Shown piece after piece: positions 30,117-40,626 of a stretch of 64,000 bases of DNA. Where the stretch lies: the NCBI GenBank assembly GCA_963826715.1, contig CAWGYA010000002.1, positions 128,001 to 192,000 on the forward strand, written 5' to 3'. The position numbers were made by a program, and so were the translations under genes. The stretch comes from Candidatus Bathyarchaeota archaeon (GTDB lineage Archaea > Thermoproteota > Bathyarchaeia > Bathyarchaeales > Bathycorpusculaceae). The notes beneath the pieces are model-generated. The model ran no database searches. It was not told the DNA's origin and was given only the letters and a program-made list of their open reading frames with translations. How positions within the stretch are numbered: the first letter of the stretch is position 1; each line of letters opens with the position of its first letter.

Positions 30117-31796
30117 CTAAAGATATGCTTCAGTAACATATCGGCGCATCATACGGTGACTGTTAAAGTAGTAAGCTATCTTACCAATTGAGTTCTTCAT
30201 CATTCTAATCCACTCATCATGACGATCATAGAACATGGGCGTTATCACGTATTCTAGTTTGTTGTATAGGTCTTCACTTTCTTTCACCGCATGGTTTTCT
30301 TCATCAATGGTCTGTGTCGAATGTGGTCCAATTGCCCATCCGGTTAGATTCTCTATCCAACCCTCTATCCACCAACCGTCAAGTACACTGAAGTTTATAA
30401 CCCCATTATGCGCGGCTTTCATGCCGCTTGTTCCTGACGCTTCCATTGGTCGCAAGGGAGTATTAAGCCAAACATCCACGCCTGCAACCATTTTAGCAGC
30501 TATATCCATGTCATAATTTTCCAGGTAAACAACTTCCAAATCCCCTTTGAGTTGCTTGCCATAATTATAAATTTGCTCTATGAGTCGTTTCCCGCCCTCA
30601 TCTCGCGGATGTGCTTTTCCGGCAAAAATAGCTTGTATCTTTCCCTTTTGACTAATTGACCGTAAACGTTCAATATTTGAAAATAGTAAAGTCGCCCGCT
30701 TGTATTCCGTGGCACGTCGGGCAAACCCGAAAGTAAACATATCTGGGTTTAAGGACCGATTTGTCTTTTGATTGACGAAGTCTATAAGCGTCTTTTTCTG
30801 ATCTTTATGTGCCTGCCAGATTTCGCAATCAGGAATTATGTCTACCTTAGCGAGTAATTCAGGTTCAATCGCCCAACCTGGCAGATAGGTATCATATATT
30901 TTTCGGTAACTGGGACCTGTCCAAGTAAACGAGTGAACGCCGTTGGTTATCGCATGGATTTCGTAACCTGAGAACATTTGGCTGGAAACCTGTTGATGCC
31001 GCTTGGCAACACCATTAACATAGTTGCTGAGCTTGAGAGCCAACCTTGTCATGTTTAGGCGTTCTTCGCCGCCATATTTTTTAAGCAATGAGAGGTCCAA
31101 ATTTTCAAGGACTTCACTAATTAGACCGTAGTTAAACTGGTCATGTCCAGCTTCTACAGGTGTGTGGGTAGTGAAAACACAAAGTTCACGCACTTTCTCA
31201 ATATCCATGTCGTATTTTCGTAAGAGCTCATATGATAAAAAGCTAGAGTGCCCCTCATTCATGTGAAATTTGCGTACCTTAAAACCCAATGCTTCAAGCA
31301 TCCGCACGCCACCAAAACCAAGTATTGCTTCCTGCTTTAGGCGGTACCGCTCATTTCCTCCGTAGAGGTAATAAGTGATTTCCCTGTCTTGGGGAGAGTT
31401 AGCTTCAAAATCTGTGTCCAAGAACAAAACAGGCACAGCCCCCCCAGTAACGCTATGATATGTGTAGAGCCAAGCCTTAACCTTAACTGGGCGTCCCTCT
31501 ATTTGCACTTGAACCTCGTTGGGTAAAAGAGTCATTAGTTTAGAGGGATCCCATTCATTTTGTAACTCAGATTGTTTGCCATTTTCATCGAGTCTTTGGG
31601 TAAAATAGTTTCTTTTGCTGATTAATGTGACTGCAATAAGGGGAAGCTTCAAATCAGCACTTGAACGAATAGCGTCGCCTGCCAAAGTACCCAAACCGCC
31701 GGCGTATGTTGGGATTTCGTTGGTTAAACCTATCTCCATTGAGAAGTAAGCAATTTTTTGTCCCTTCAGCACACCTTGAATATTGTTTTCCTGCAT
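30117..31796 (-). CDS. glgP: Alpha-glucan phosphorylase
   Basis: AYFSMEIG, YAGGLGTLAGD, HMNEGH, FARRATEYKR, EASGTSGMKA (PLP lysine). Confidence 0.95.
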   Translation of the reverse strand: MQENNIQGVLKGQKIAYFSMEIGLTNEIPTYAGGLGTLAGDAIRSSADLKLPLIAVTLISKRNYFTQRLDENGKQSELQNEWDPSKLMTLLPNEVQVQIEGRPVKVKAWLYTYHSVTGGAVPVLFLDTDFEANSPQDREITYYLYGGNERYRLKQEAILGFGGVRMLEALGFKVRKFHMNEGHSSFLSYELLRKYDMDIEKVRELCVFTTHTPVEAGHDQFNYGLISEVLENLDLSLLKKYGGEERLNMTRLALKLSNYVNGVAKRHQQVSSQMFSGYEIHAITNGVHSFTWTGPSYRKIYDTYLPGWAIEPELLAKVDIIPDCEIWQAHKDQKKTLIDFVNQKTNRSLNPDMFTFGFARRATEYKRATLLFSNIERLRSISQKGKIQAIFAGKAHPRDEGGKRLIEQIYNYGKQLKGDLEVVYLENYDMDIAAKMVAGVDVWLNTPLRPMEASGTSGMKAAHNGVINFSVLDGWWIEGWIENLTGWAIGPHSTQTIDEENHAVKESEDLYNKLEYVITPMFYDRHDEWIRMMKNSIGKIAYYFNSHRMMRRYVTEAYL

Positions 31797-31935
31797 TTTC
31801 CCCTCTCATCAGTTTGACTTAATCTGGAACACAAAGTCCACGCGTGGATACTGCATAGACTTTGTTTTTAATATCTATTGTCACTATCCCAGCAGCAATT
31901 TATCCTACCTTAAAACCATTAATCAATAAAAAAAA

Positions 31936-33072
31936 TTATTTTGCCGGATCCGGTCTTATCCCTAAAGTCACCGAAACAGTGAATGGGGAACCGTTTCTAT
32001 AGAATGATAAATTTAGAATGTCACCTGGGAATGTATTTTGCTCAAGATAACTTGCTAAATCGTCGTTATTTTTGATAGTTTGGTTGTTCATAGCGACAAT
32101 TATGTCGTCAACAGTTAGTTTACCGTCGCAGGGTCCTCCCCGGACAACTGAGTTGATTCGCCAACCGTATGTAACGGTTGCACCTGTTTCCTGCGCCAAA
32201 CTGTAGCTCATATCTGTCCCTGTTATACCGAGATATGAATGCCCTTTGTAGCTACCCGTATTTACGAGTGAAGCGACTTCTCTTAGAATCGTGTTTGAAG
32301 GTATCGCAAAGCCCAACCCCTGCGAATCAGAAACAATCGCGGTGGTTATTCCAACAACATTACCAAGCGAGTTGAGCAACAAACCGCCTGAGTTGCCTGG
32401 GTTAATGGGGGTGCTGGTTTGGATTACGTTTGCGATTGCATAACCGCCCGCGGTGTCTTCAGTTATACTTCGCCCCGTGGCGCTCACAACGCCTGTGGTT
32501 AAAGAACCCACAAGTCCATATGGGTTACCGATGGCTATGACTGGTTCGCCTACACGCAAAGGTGAAGAACTCACAATATTTACTGGTTTAAACTGCGAAG
32601 AGGGGGCATTTACAGAAAGTACCGCTAAATCTACATATTGGTCTTCGCCAAGGACATTTGCAGAATACCCTTTGCCGTCTGCAAAAGTCACGCTTAAGGT
32701 GGAGGTGTCCTCTACAACATGATAATTAGTTATTACGACGTTTCGACCGTTAAATGAGTAAACAAACCCTGATGCCTGTACACCTCCATTGCTTGTTTCG
32801 CCTTGAATTAGAACAACCGAGTTATGTACGCTATCGTACAGGTCAGCTAAAGATGTGCCGTTCTGAAGGAGGGTGATGTATTGATAGGTAATATTTTGGG
32901 AACCCTCAATATTAGAAACGGAATTATGTAGATCGCTGATTTGACTGTTGATGGTTGTTACCTGCCGATAAGTAACATAGTACATCAACAATCCACCAAC
33001 CAACAATCCAGCAATAAAAAGTATCACGATTGTGCTGGTGGAGGCTTTATTGAAACCCTTAATCGTAAACAT
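31936..33072 (-). CDS. HtrA/DegP-like membrane-anchored serine protease with PDZ domain
   Basis: TNYHVV, DLAVL, INPGNSGG triad; C-terminal PDZ. Confidence 0.95.
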   Translation of the reverse strand: MFTIKGFNKASTSTIVILFIAGLLVGGLLMYYVTYRQVTTINSQISDLHNSVSNIEGSQNITYQYITLLQNGTSLADLYDSVHNSVVLIQGETSNGGVQASGFVYSFNGRNVVITNYHVVEDTSTLSVTFADGKGYSANVLGEDQYVDLAVLSVNAPSSQFKPVNIVSSSPLRVGEPVIAIGNPYGLVGSLTTGVVSATGRSITEDTAGGYAIANVIQTSTPINPGNSGGLLLNSLGNVVGITTAIVSDSQGLGFAIPSNTILREVASLVNTGSYKGHSYLGITGTDMSYSLAQETGATVTYGWRINSVVRGGPCDGKLTVDDIIVAMNNQTIKNNDDLASYLEQNTFPGDILNLSFYRNGSPFTVSVTLGIRPDPAK

Positions 33073-33120
33073 GTACCCTATGCCTCCAATCAGGATTGCC
33101 GAAAGGGGAAATAAAAGTTC

Positions 33121-34125
33121 CTATGTTCGACGATCAATGAGATCCATAGCTTCTGGGCCAGTTCCAATCAGCGTTACAGGCACACCAGTTTGATTTTCTA
33201 CTTCCTTTATGAAGTCTTTGGCTTCCTTGGATAAATCGTCGTATTTCCGTGCACCTCGACAACCTGGATAGATAACATCAAGTTTAGTCATGGCTGCCTG
33301 TGTAGCACCGTTTATCTTGGCGTTTTTCTTGGCTAATTCAAAGTTAAACGGAGCTGCACGACGGTCTCTGCCTGTGCCCGCAGCAACTTCAAACCAACCC
33401 CGCTTTTGAGCTTCCTCCTTGCTGATTTCGCCGGGTAACGGTCCAGCACCAACGCGGGTTATAAAGGACTTATAAACTATAATGACGTCGTCAACTCTTG
33501 TGGGCCCGACACCGGCTTCCGAAGCGATTGCTGATGCACCAGTATCTCGGCTCGTTACATATGGGTAACCACCGCCTAGGAAAAGCGAAAGCATAAAACC
33601 CTGTGTGCCCTCCAAGAGCACCTTTTTGCCTTCATCTAAACCATCGTTGACTTCGCTAATTTGGTCGCACATATAGGGCTTAAGTTCAGGAATGTCTTTG
33701 ACCAACTTGGCGGTGCGCCTAACTCTTTCTTCAAGAGCTGGTCCAACACCCCAACCTGTAGTACCAATGCCTTTGTTAACGGCTGAGGCTTTGTCTTGGT
33801 CGCTGTGCTTTTGCTCAATTACAGAAGCGTTCTGATCAATGCCGATGCATTTTGGATCCACATGGGTTAGTTCGAGTTCTTTGAAAAACTGGGCAACGTG
33901 CACATTGGATCCTGCCGCAATGAGAAGGCGAGTTTTCGGATTTATAAATGCAGCGGGAACCATGTGGAGTGCATATTTTTTGTTTTCGTACCAAACAGTA
34001 TGGGCTGCGTTAACAGAACCGGTTCGAACACAGAAATCAAGGTTATCTTTAAGGGCTAAATAAGAAATTATTTTTCCTTTGCCTTCATCTCCCCAGAAGG
34101 CTCCGACGATTACTTGGCAAGGCAT
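33121..34125 (-). CDS. purA: Adenylosuccinate synthetase (short archaeal type)
   Basis: WGDEGKGK, NAAHT, EGTQG, YPYVTSRD, TRVGAGP, TKLD. Confidence 0.95.
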   Translation of the reverse strand: MPCQVIVGAFWGDEGKGKIISYLALKDNLDFCVRTGSVNAAHTVWYENKKYALHMVPAAFINPKTRLLIAAGSNVHVAQFFKELELTHVDPKCIGIDQNASVIEQKHSDQDKASAVNKGIGTTGWGVGPALEERVRRTAKLVKDIPELKPYMCDQISEVNDGLDEGKKVLLEGTQGFMLSLFLGGGYPYVTSRDTGASAIASEAGVGPTRVDDVIIVYKSFITRVGAGPLPGEISKEEAQKRGWFEVAAGTGRDRRAAPFNFELAKKNAKINGATQAAMTKLDVIYPGCRGARKYDDLSKEAKDFIKEVENQTGVPVTLIGTGPEAMDLIDRRT

Positions 34126-34250
34126 AACTATTACCCTTTGAAAAGTTGTTGTGTAGCTATTTAAAGCTTGTAGGATCTCTTGAGGATTTACTGTTGTGAA
34201 TTTTTTATAGGATATTGGCGCTAATACATGTAATCCTATTTAACCAAACA

Positions 34251-34631
34251 TTATAAATGCCGTTTGGCTGCTTCAGAATCAATAATTTCCAAAAGCCTCA
34301 CTACAATTTTACCTTTTAGAGTTTTTTCCCGCTCAGAAATTGTATTCCTTGATTCACAAATAGAATCCAAAATTATTCTCTGAGTTTCATCAACAATCAC
34401 AGGATAAACTCTGCAGCCTGATGGACGAGATAAATATACGTTACAACAATGTTTTTCCCTGTTATAAAATACACAATACCCTTCACGATTCTTGAGAGTG
34501 AAATAACCGTGCCTATCTTTGTGGGCAAAATGTTTTTTCAAGTAGCCTAACTTTTCTAGCCGTTTTATATCTCTTTTTGAAAGCAGCATTTCGGTCTCGG
34601 TACAACAAACACCGCAGTTTGAACAACGCAT
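34251..34631 (-). CDS. YkgJ family cysteine-cluster protein
   Basis: CxxCGxCC, CVFY, C.VY..RP..CRVYP. Confidence 0.9.
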   Translation of the reverse strand: MRCSNCGVCCTETEMLLSKRDIKRLEKLGYLKKHFAHKDRHGYFTLKNREGYCVFYNREKHCCNVYLSRPSGCRVYPVIVDETQRIILDSICESRNTISEREKTLKGKIVVRLLEIIDSEAAKRHL

Positions 34632-34681
34632 AAATGCTGAATGAATTCTATTGTATTTGTGTTTTTAGTATGCTTTGCAAT

Positions 34682-34921
34682 TTAGCCAGTGGTTTTCATT
34701 AAATTAATGTTTATCATTTCTGCGTAGGCAATATTTTTAAGAGGCAGGCGGTTTGCTTTGCGATTTCTTCGGGGGGCATACTCTATTTGGTTGTTGTTTT
34801 TTCCTTGAATCTTATGCAGTTTTGTTAGGTGAACATTTACTATGACTGCCCCATCTTTTAGATGAAGATTCACGTTTTTCCCAATGTATGATTTTGCGCT
34901 GTTCCCACTGAAACTCTCCAA
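34682..34921 (-). CDS. Small hypothetical protein, possibly Sm-like fold
   Basis: YIGKNVNLHLKDG resembles Sm motif 1; GGTGA RBS before the TTG. Confidence 0.6.
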   Translation of the reverse strand: MESFSGNSAKSYIGKNVNLHLKDGAVIVNVHLTKLHKIQGKNNNQIEYAPRRNRKANRLPLKNIAYAEMININLMKTTG

Positions 34922-35181
34922 TTCACCAATCCGCCTCTTGCTCAGCTATTTTGCTCCAGCATTGATTACATATTGGAAGGTTTTCACCATTCATTTGGAT
35001 ATAGAGTTTAATGTTTTCGCAAGCACAATTATCTATCCAGGGGTTTTTACAATGTTCCATGTTTAGTCCTCGCGGGAGAGTTATCGATTTTTGCTTTTAA
35101 GGAAGATGCAGAACCAACTCTCACATGACGTGGAGGGGTTGGTGAAAGTGAAAGTTTAATACAGCTCAAATCAACAACTAT

Positions 35182-35640
35182 TTGTTGAAACATATGGTTT
35201 CAGTGGACGTGGTAATTCTTGCAACGGGTTCTCTTTTCTTGCAGTTCTTCGTTCTTTTTTTGTTAGTTTACGCTTTCAACTTAAAACGTAAACTCAAATT
35301 CGCCTTGCATGGAATCGTCATGACCATCGCAGTTTTAACTCATGCAGCTTCGATTTTTCTTGTCATGATTCCCTCACTATCTGCGATGAACTCCCCTGCC
35401 TTTGTTTTGCCAGCCTTCAAAGAATTCGCATATATGGGAAGCTTAATTCACGGGATTGTTGGAGGAACCGCTTTCGCACTTGGAATTTGGCTAGTAGCAG
35501 CTTGGCGCTTCAGAAAAAACGTTAAAGGATGCTTCTTGCGAAAAAAATTCATGATAGTCACATTTGTTCTTTGGACTACATCGTTGATCATGGGAATTCT
35601 AATCTTCGGAGTTCTTTATGGACCCACTCTTATCAATTAA
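35182..35640 (+). CDS. 4-TM membrane protein (DUF420-like)
   Basis: Four hydrophobic helices with His residues (HGIVM, HAASI, HGIVG). Confidence 0.7.
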   Translation: MLKHMVSVDVVILATGSLFLQFFVLFLLVYAFNLKRKLKFALHGIVMTIAVLTHAASIFLVMIPSLSAMNSPAFVLPAFKEFAYMGSLIHGIVGGTAFALGIWLVAAWRFRKNVKGCFLRKKFMIVTFVLWTTSLIMGILIFGVLYGPTLIN

Positions 35641-36180
35641 AGCTCGATTATTTGTGGATCAATGGTTTTTTTTGAGATTTTGAGTAAACCTACAGAAAGT
35701 TTACCAGTGATTGAAGCTGGAACGGTTGGGCTGCCGGGATTTATGTAGAGTATCTTGCTTTCCCAATTAATGCTGGGGACATGAGTATGCCCATAGACAA
35801 AAACGTTAAAGTCGTTTGCCATGATCAACTCACGCATACGGTTAAAACCAAATTCAATATCAGGATCATGCATCACGCCGATTTTCCAATCAAAAATTTT
35901 AAGGGAATTAAGGCTCGGAAAGGTGTTTTTAATTTTTAAATCATCCATGTTGCCTTGGACTGCCAAAACAGGAGCAATCTGCTCTAATTCATCTAAAACT
36001 TCGAGTTCGAACTAAATCACCTGCATGGATGATGTAGTCGGTTTTTTCGAAAATTTCAAGAACCTTTTTTGGAAGATAGTGAGCTTTTTTAGGCACATGG
36101 GTATCTGAGATTAAACCCACTGTTTTGGTAACTTCAGTGAGTGGGGGTTCCTTTGATATGAGTGCGGTTCCATTCATCAT
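35637..36180 (-). pseudogene. YfcE/MJ0936 metallophosphoesterase split by a 1-nt insertion (or sequencing error)
   Basis: ISDTH and HAGDL in ORF 35989-36180; GNMD, GHTH and NPGS in ORF 35637-35966. Removing one base near 36009 gives GDLVELEVLDELEQIAPVLAVQGNMD. Confidence 0.85.
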
Positions 36181-36272
36181 GACGTTATTTCCTCTCAGTC
36201 ATACGAGCGCTAAGTATTATGTTGCATTAGCAATACAAAAACTGTATGTAAAAAGAAGAAAGGAAAAGTGCA

Positions 36273-37631
36273 TTATGTCATGAATCGTCTAACCGCTTCA
36301 TAGAAGACGCTGACTCCAAATACCAAATTCTCTATGGTTATGCGCTCATCTATCCCGTGCATCCGTTTCTCTAATTCATTGTTGGGTTCATCAGGTCTCA
36401 TAGGATGAAAACCATAGCAAACGCTGCCAGTTTCCCTAAAGAAACGTGAATCGGTTCCACCAGTTGTTAATGTAGGTGTTACACCGCAGTTCGGTTCGAG
36501 TTCCAGAAGCGTACTGGCAATTGCGTCATAGAGCGGAGTCTGTGTGATTGATTCTGAACCGTCATGCATCTGAATAATTTCGTAGCTGAGTTTGCCATTG
36601 CTTACATCAGTTAGCATGTATTTAATTTGGGATAGGGTTTCATCAACGCTTTGCCCGGGCAAAACACGGCAGTCAAAAGTGACTTCACATTCTGAAGGTA
36701 TAATGTTTTCTTTTATGCCACCACTAATTATGGTAGGGGTTATTGTGGTACGGATTCGGGGCCAGATTTCCTCAGCAAGCACTTTGTCTTTCTCGGCTAA
36801 TTCTTTCAATATTTGATCGCTTTCCTGGGGATTACTTAACAACCGAGAGATTATTTCTTCCATGTCCGGGTTACTTTTTGAAACCTGAGTCAAAATCTCT
36901 TTTAACGTATTAACATAAACAATGGGGGGACTATACTGACCGAGTTTCTCAATTACTTTATTAATGCGTAAAATAGCGTTATCTGCCGTGTTCGGGGTAG
37001 AGCCATGCCCTGGGATCCCTTGAGCTTTAATTTTAAACCATAAAATCCCTTTCTCTGCCGTCTGTATGGGGTAAACATTTCCGTTTTTCTGAGGCAAAGC
37101 CAAGCCGCCACCCTCGTTTAAAACGTATGGGCACCAAATTTTTTCTTTATGGTTCCGAAGCAAGTAGCCCGCCCCTTGTTCACCGCCCCTTTCCTCGTCA
37201 GCCGTTGCCGCTAACACTACATCTCCTTTTAATGGAACGTTGTTTTTCTTTAGAAGTTTTAGCGTTAAAACTTCGACAGCGGTCATACCCTTCATGTCTA
37301 TCGCACCTCTACCATAGACGTAGCCATCCTTAACAGTCCCGGCGAAAGGCTCAACGGTCCACTCAGCTCGATTTGCCGCTACTACATCGAGGTGTGAGAG
37401 CAAAAGCAGATTTGGTTTTTCACCTGTACCTTTGAGTCTTGTAATTAGGCTACCCCTTCCTTCGGTAGACTCTATAATTTCACTGTTAATTCCTTCTTTG
37501 CTGAGATACTCTACGATGAATTTAGCCGCTTGGGTTTCGTTTCCCGGTGGGTTGGTTGTGTTTATGCTAATTAAATCTGAGAGGAAACATGTTATATCGG
37601 TTTCAATTGCGTTAAAAAATTTAATAGGCAT
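36273..37631 (-). CDS. M20/M25/M40 family metallo-hydrolase
   Basis: SHLDVV, GRGAIDMKG, ADEERGG, GHGS, GGTDSRF, HGIDERI. Confidence 0.95.
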   Translation of the reverse strand: MPIKFFNAIETDITCFLSDLISINTTNPPGNETQAAKFIVEYLSKEGINSEIIESTEGRGSLITRLKGTGEKPNLLLLSHLDVVAANRAEWTVEPFAGTVKDGYVYGRGAIDMKGMTAVEVLTLKLLKKNNVPLKGDVVLAATADEERGGEQGAGYLLRNHKEKIWCPYVLNEGGGLALPQKNGNVYPIQTAEKGILWFKIKAQGIPGHGSTPNTADNAILRINKVIEKLGQYSPPIVYVNTLKEILTQVSKSNPDMEEIISRLLSNPQESDQILKELAEKDKVLAEEIWPRIRTTITPTIISGGIKENIIPSECEVTFDCRVLPGQSVDETLSQIKYMLTDVSNGKLSYEIIQMHDGSESITQTPLYDAIASTLLELEPNCGVTPTLTTGGTDSRFFRETGSVCYGFHPMRPDEPNNELEKRMHGIDERITIENLVFGVSVFYEAVRRFMT

Positions 37632-37789
37632 TATTTCTTTTGCTCCTACATCCTTGAATATGGTTTATCTCTTAAGTATTTTTGTTGATTTCAGCTAAAG
37701 GTTTTGAGAAGAAAATTTCTATTCTGAAACAATGATGTTTATATATGATGTGAAAAAGCCTATTCACTAGAAAAAATTATTTGAGTTGA

Positions 37790-38305
37790 ATGCAAATGAA
37801 AGATCTTAAACCAATAGACTACAAAATTTTATTCGAGCTCATGAAAGATTCCCATAGAAGCGATCGCCAACTAGCTAAAGCATTGGGTGTTTCGCAGCCA
37901 ACAGTAACCCGTAGGAGAGCTATGCTCGAAGAAAATTATATTGAAGGGTACACCGTTATTCCAAAGTTTGGTCAAATTGGGTTTGAGATTGCAGCGATTA
38001 CTTTTTTGAAAAGCAAACTAAAGTATGCAGCAGGCGAAGAAAAGACCAACGCATTACAGAAAATGAAAGAATGGTATATGAAGCAAACAAACGTCATCCT
38101 CGCCTTAGACGGCAGAGGAATGGGTTGGGACGCCGTCTGCATTTCACTTCACGAGAACTTTGCAAGCTTTGCAGAATTCCTGAGAGCTCACGATTCAGAA
38201 TTGTCCGAGTGGGTGGTTGAAAGCCAAACATTCAACGCTGATTTAAAAGGCGGAATTGTGATCAAGCCGTTCCACCTCAAATACCTCGCTTCGCTGAAAC
38301 AATAG
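37790..38305 (+). CDS. Lrp/AsnC family transcriptional regulator
   Basis: IDYKILFELMKDSHRSDRQLAKALGVSQPTVTRR HTH. Confidence 0.9.
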   Translation: MQMKDLKPIDYKILFELMKDSHRSDRQLAKALGVSQPTVTRRRAMLEENYIEGYTVIPKFGQIGFEIAAITFLKSKLKYAAGEEKTNALQKMKEWYMKQTNVILALDGRGMGWDAVCISLHENFASFAEFLRAHDSELSEWVVESQTFNADLKGGIVIKPFHLKYLASLKQ

Positions 38306-38544
38306 TAAAATTTTCTAAACTTTTTAATTTTTAATCCTTTTTTCTTATTTTTAAGTGGATCGTTGTCGACCACTGTAGAAGAGCGGGCTTAACGATACCT
38401 ATTGGCGATTTATTTTTTTTAGCAGTCGCTTCTTGGGTAACTTGGGTTTTTTAACCCTGTTTACATCAGCAGTCAAAATAATCAACCTGCAATTAACTAT
38501 TGTTATTGATCTATATAAAAGAGCAATAAAGAAGAAAAAGGGAG

Positions 38545-40551
38545 TTAGTTCAGGCTGATTATTGCTATCTGCGAGAGGTCTGTTAAGCTGTTTAGTTTTA
38601 CCTGCGAGTTCGAAAACGTGTAGAGGACATTGTTGATATAGAGGGAGCGGTTTATCCAGTCGTTTTGGGTGCTGTAGTAATCGTTGAGGTTACTTAGGTG
38701 TCCTTGGCTGTCGAGTAGTGTTTCGTTTAGGTGAGTTATGGTGCCTTTGAGAGTGAAGCCTCCATCTAAACTAACGCTAAACACGTAGGTGCCTTGCCAG
38801 ACTGTGTTGCCGTATGCTGAGTCACCGTATTGCTTGTTTTCCTCGCTTACCAACGCTAAACTCACGGGGATAACCAGTAACCCCTTGCTTTTGTCAAAGA
38901 GAAACGCCTTGGGTTCATAGAGCGATGGTGAGTCGGTTCCGCGGTCTCCGATGACATAGTTTGCGAGTTGTGTAGGATTGTTTACGTTTCCAACATCAAA
39001 GAGGGCCAACTTTAGTCCCTGATACCATGCGAAGTTTTCCTGCGCAGTTGTCTCCACTGCCTCTTTGCCGACACCGATTAAGTGAGTTTGGTCGTAGGGG
39101 TGGAGGTAGTCGGAATAGCCGGGGATTTTAAGTTCGCCAAGCACCGTAGGATTGCTGGGAACGCTAAGGTCAACAACGAAGAGGGGGTCAGTTTGCTTAA
39201 AGGTAACCAAGTAGCCTTTGTCGCCCATAAAGCGGACGGCGTGGAGGTTCTCGTTTTCTGCGAGTCCCTCAAGTTTGCCGGTGACTTGCAAGTTGGGGTT
39301 GAGTATGTAGACGTTGTTGGTTTGGGCTTCTGTGCCGTACCAGTTTGTGGCGATGCGGAAGTAGCCGTTGTATTCGTCCATGGAGTACTGGTTGATTGTG
39401 TTGCCGGGTACGCTGCCCTGTGCTTGGAGGCTGAGGGTTAAACCGTTTATGGAGACGCGATAGATGGAGGTGTAAGTGCCACTGTTCATTTGCCAGTTGG
39501 GGTAGGTGATGTAGATGTTGTCTGATGAGACGTACATCGTGGATGCTCCGCCCATCATAACTGTCATGTTCGTTGGCGTTAGGCTGTCATCGGCAAGGCT
39601 GATACCGTAGAAGCTGGTAAAGCTGTAGCTGGTGTCGCTCATGTCCGCGTAGTATATACTGCTTGGGGAGGCGTCATAAGCGATGTTGCCCTCGTAGACT
39701 GCGGGCAGCGGTACTATGCCATTATAGAACCATGCGTTTTGGCTTACGATAGTGTAGAGGTTGTTGCCTATTAGACGTGAGTTAAAGTATTGACCTGTCA
39801 TGGTGAAATTACGGGTTAACGTGGGGGAAGATTTGTCAGTGACATCGTAGACGTTAACAAATGTGTAGCTGTCACTTTGGTAGAAAGGCATAATTCTGGG
39901 TTCGGATTTTGTGTCGCTCCCTTCAGTGTAGTCACTGAAGTTGATGTAGTTGTATTTGCCTGCGATAACTATCAGCTTGTTTCCGTCTGGGCTGAGGAAT
40001 AACCCTGTAGGATTTGTGTTGTTGCCCAGGTTGATTTTTGATACGACATGGGGGTTTTGAGGGTCTGCGCTTATTATGTCAACTGCGTTGGTGACACCTA
40101 AGCTACTGTAGCCATAATAGTCATAGAAAACAGTCGGTTGGATCGTCGATATTGTGTAGATGTATTGGCCATCGGTTTTTACGGTGTCCGCTTCATCTAC
40201 GCCAGCCACTTGAATGTTGGTTGTGGAATAATCCATCGTATATGATCCACCAGCAGTAAGTGAGTTACTTCCATCTTCCATGATTATGTGTGCAGGAACT
40301 GGCATGTCACCGGTTCCTAAGGATTTGTCCCCAAATGAGTTTCCCCGGGTGACTTGAGAGTTTGTATTTAGGTAGTCGGCAATTTCCTGAACAGACGAGA
40401 AGGTTTTGAGCCCCGACGCCGAAGGCGCCTGTGCCGGAAAAATCATGGGGGCTGCGCCGAACACGTAAACTGTTGATATGAGTACGATTGCGCAAAGCAC
40501 TGCTGCTGTGCCGTAGATTTTGGTTTTTTTGTGGATTTCTTTCTGTACCAT
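38545..40551 (-). CDS. Secreted beta-propeller domain protein
   Basis: N-terminal TM; YSTTNIQVAGVDEADTVKTDG, NQYSMDEY, TDPLFVVDLS, GELKIPGYSDYLHP. Confidence 0.9.
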   Translation of the reverse strand: MVQKEIHKKTKIYGTAAVLCAIVLISTVYVFGAAPMIFPAQAPSASGLKTFSSVQEIADYLNTNSQVTRGNSFGDKSLGTGDMPVPAHIIMEDGSNSLTAGGSYTMDYSTTNIQVAGVDEADTVKTDGQYIYTISTIQPTVFYDYYGYSSLGVTNAVDIISADPQNPHVVSKINLGNNTNPTGLFLSPDGNKLIVIAGKYNYINFSDYTEGSDTKSEPRIMPFYQSDSYTFVNVYDVTDKSSPTLTRNFTMTGQYFNSRLIGNNLYTIVSQNAWFYNGIVPLPAVYEGNIAYDASPSSIYYADMSDTSYSFTSFYGISLADDSLTPTNMTVMMGGASTMYVSSDNIYITYPNWQMNSGTYTSIYRVSINGLTLSLQAQGSVPGNTINQYSMDEYNGYFRIATNWYGTEAQTNNVYILNPNLQVTGKLEGLAENENLHAVRFMGDKGYLVTFKQTDPLFVVDLSVPSNPTVLGELKIPGYSDYLHPYDQTHLIGVGKEAVETTAQENFAWYQGLKLALFDVGNVNNPTQLANYVIGDRGTDSPSLYEPKAFLFDKSKGLLVIPVSLALVSEENKQYGDSAYGNTVWQGTYVFSVSLDGGFTLKGTITHLNETLLDSQGHLSNLNDYYSTQNDWINRSLYINNVLYTFSNSQVKLNSLTDLSQIAIISLN

Positions 40552-40626
40552 ATTCTTTTTTCTCCTGACCTTTGCTAATTGGACTTTTTATATTATGCTA
40601 ATCCCACGAACATGCTGTACTAATAT

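Noticed and set aside
35070-35145. Imperfect hairpin ACCAACTCTCAC...GTGGAGGGGTTGGT between divergent genes
   Set aside because: Short, bulged and without K-turn or ACA context; not distinguishable from chance.
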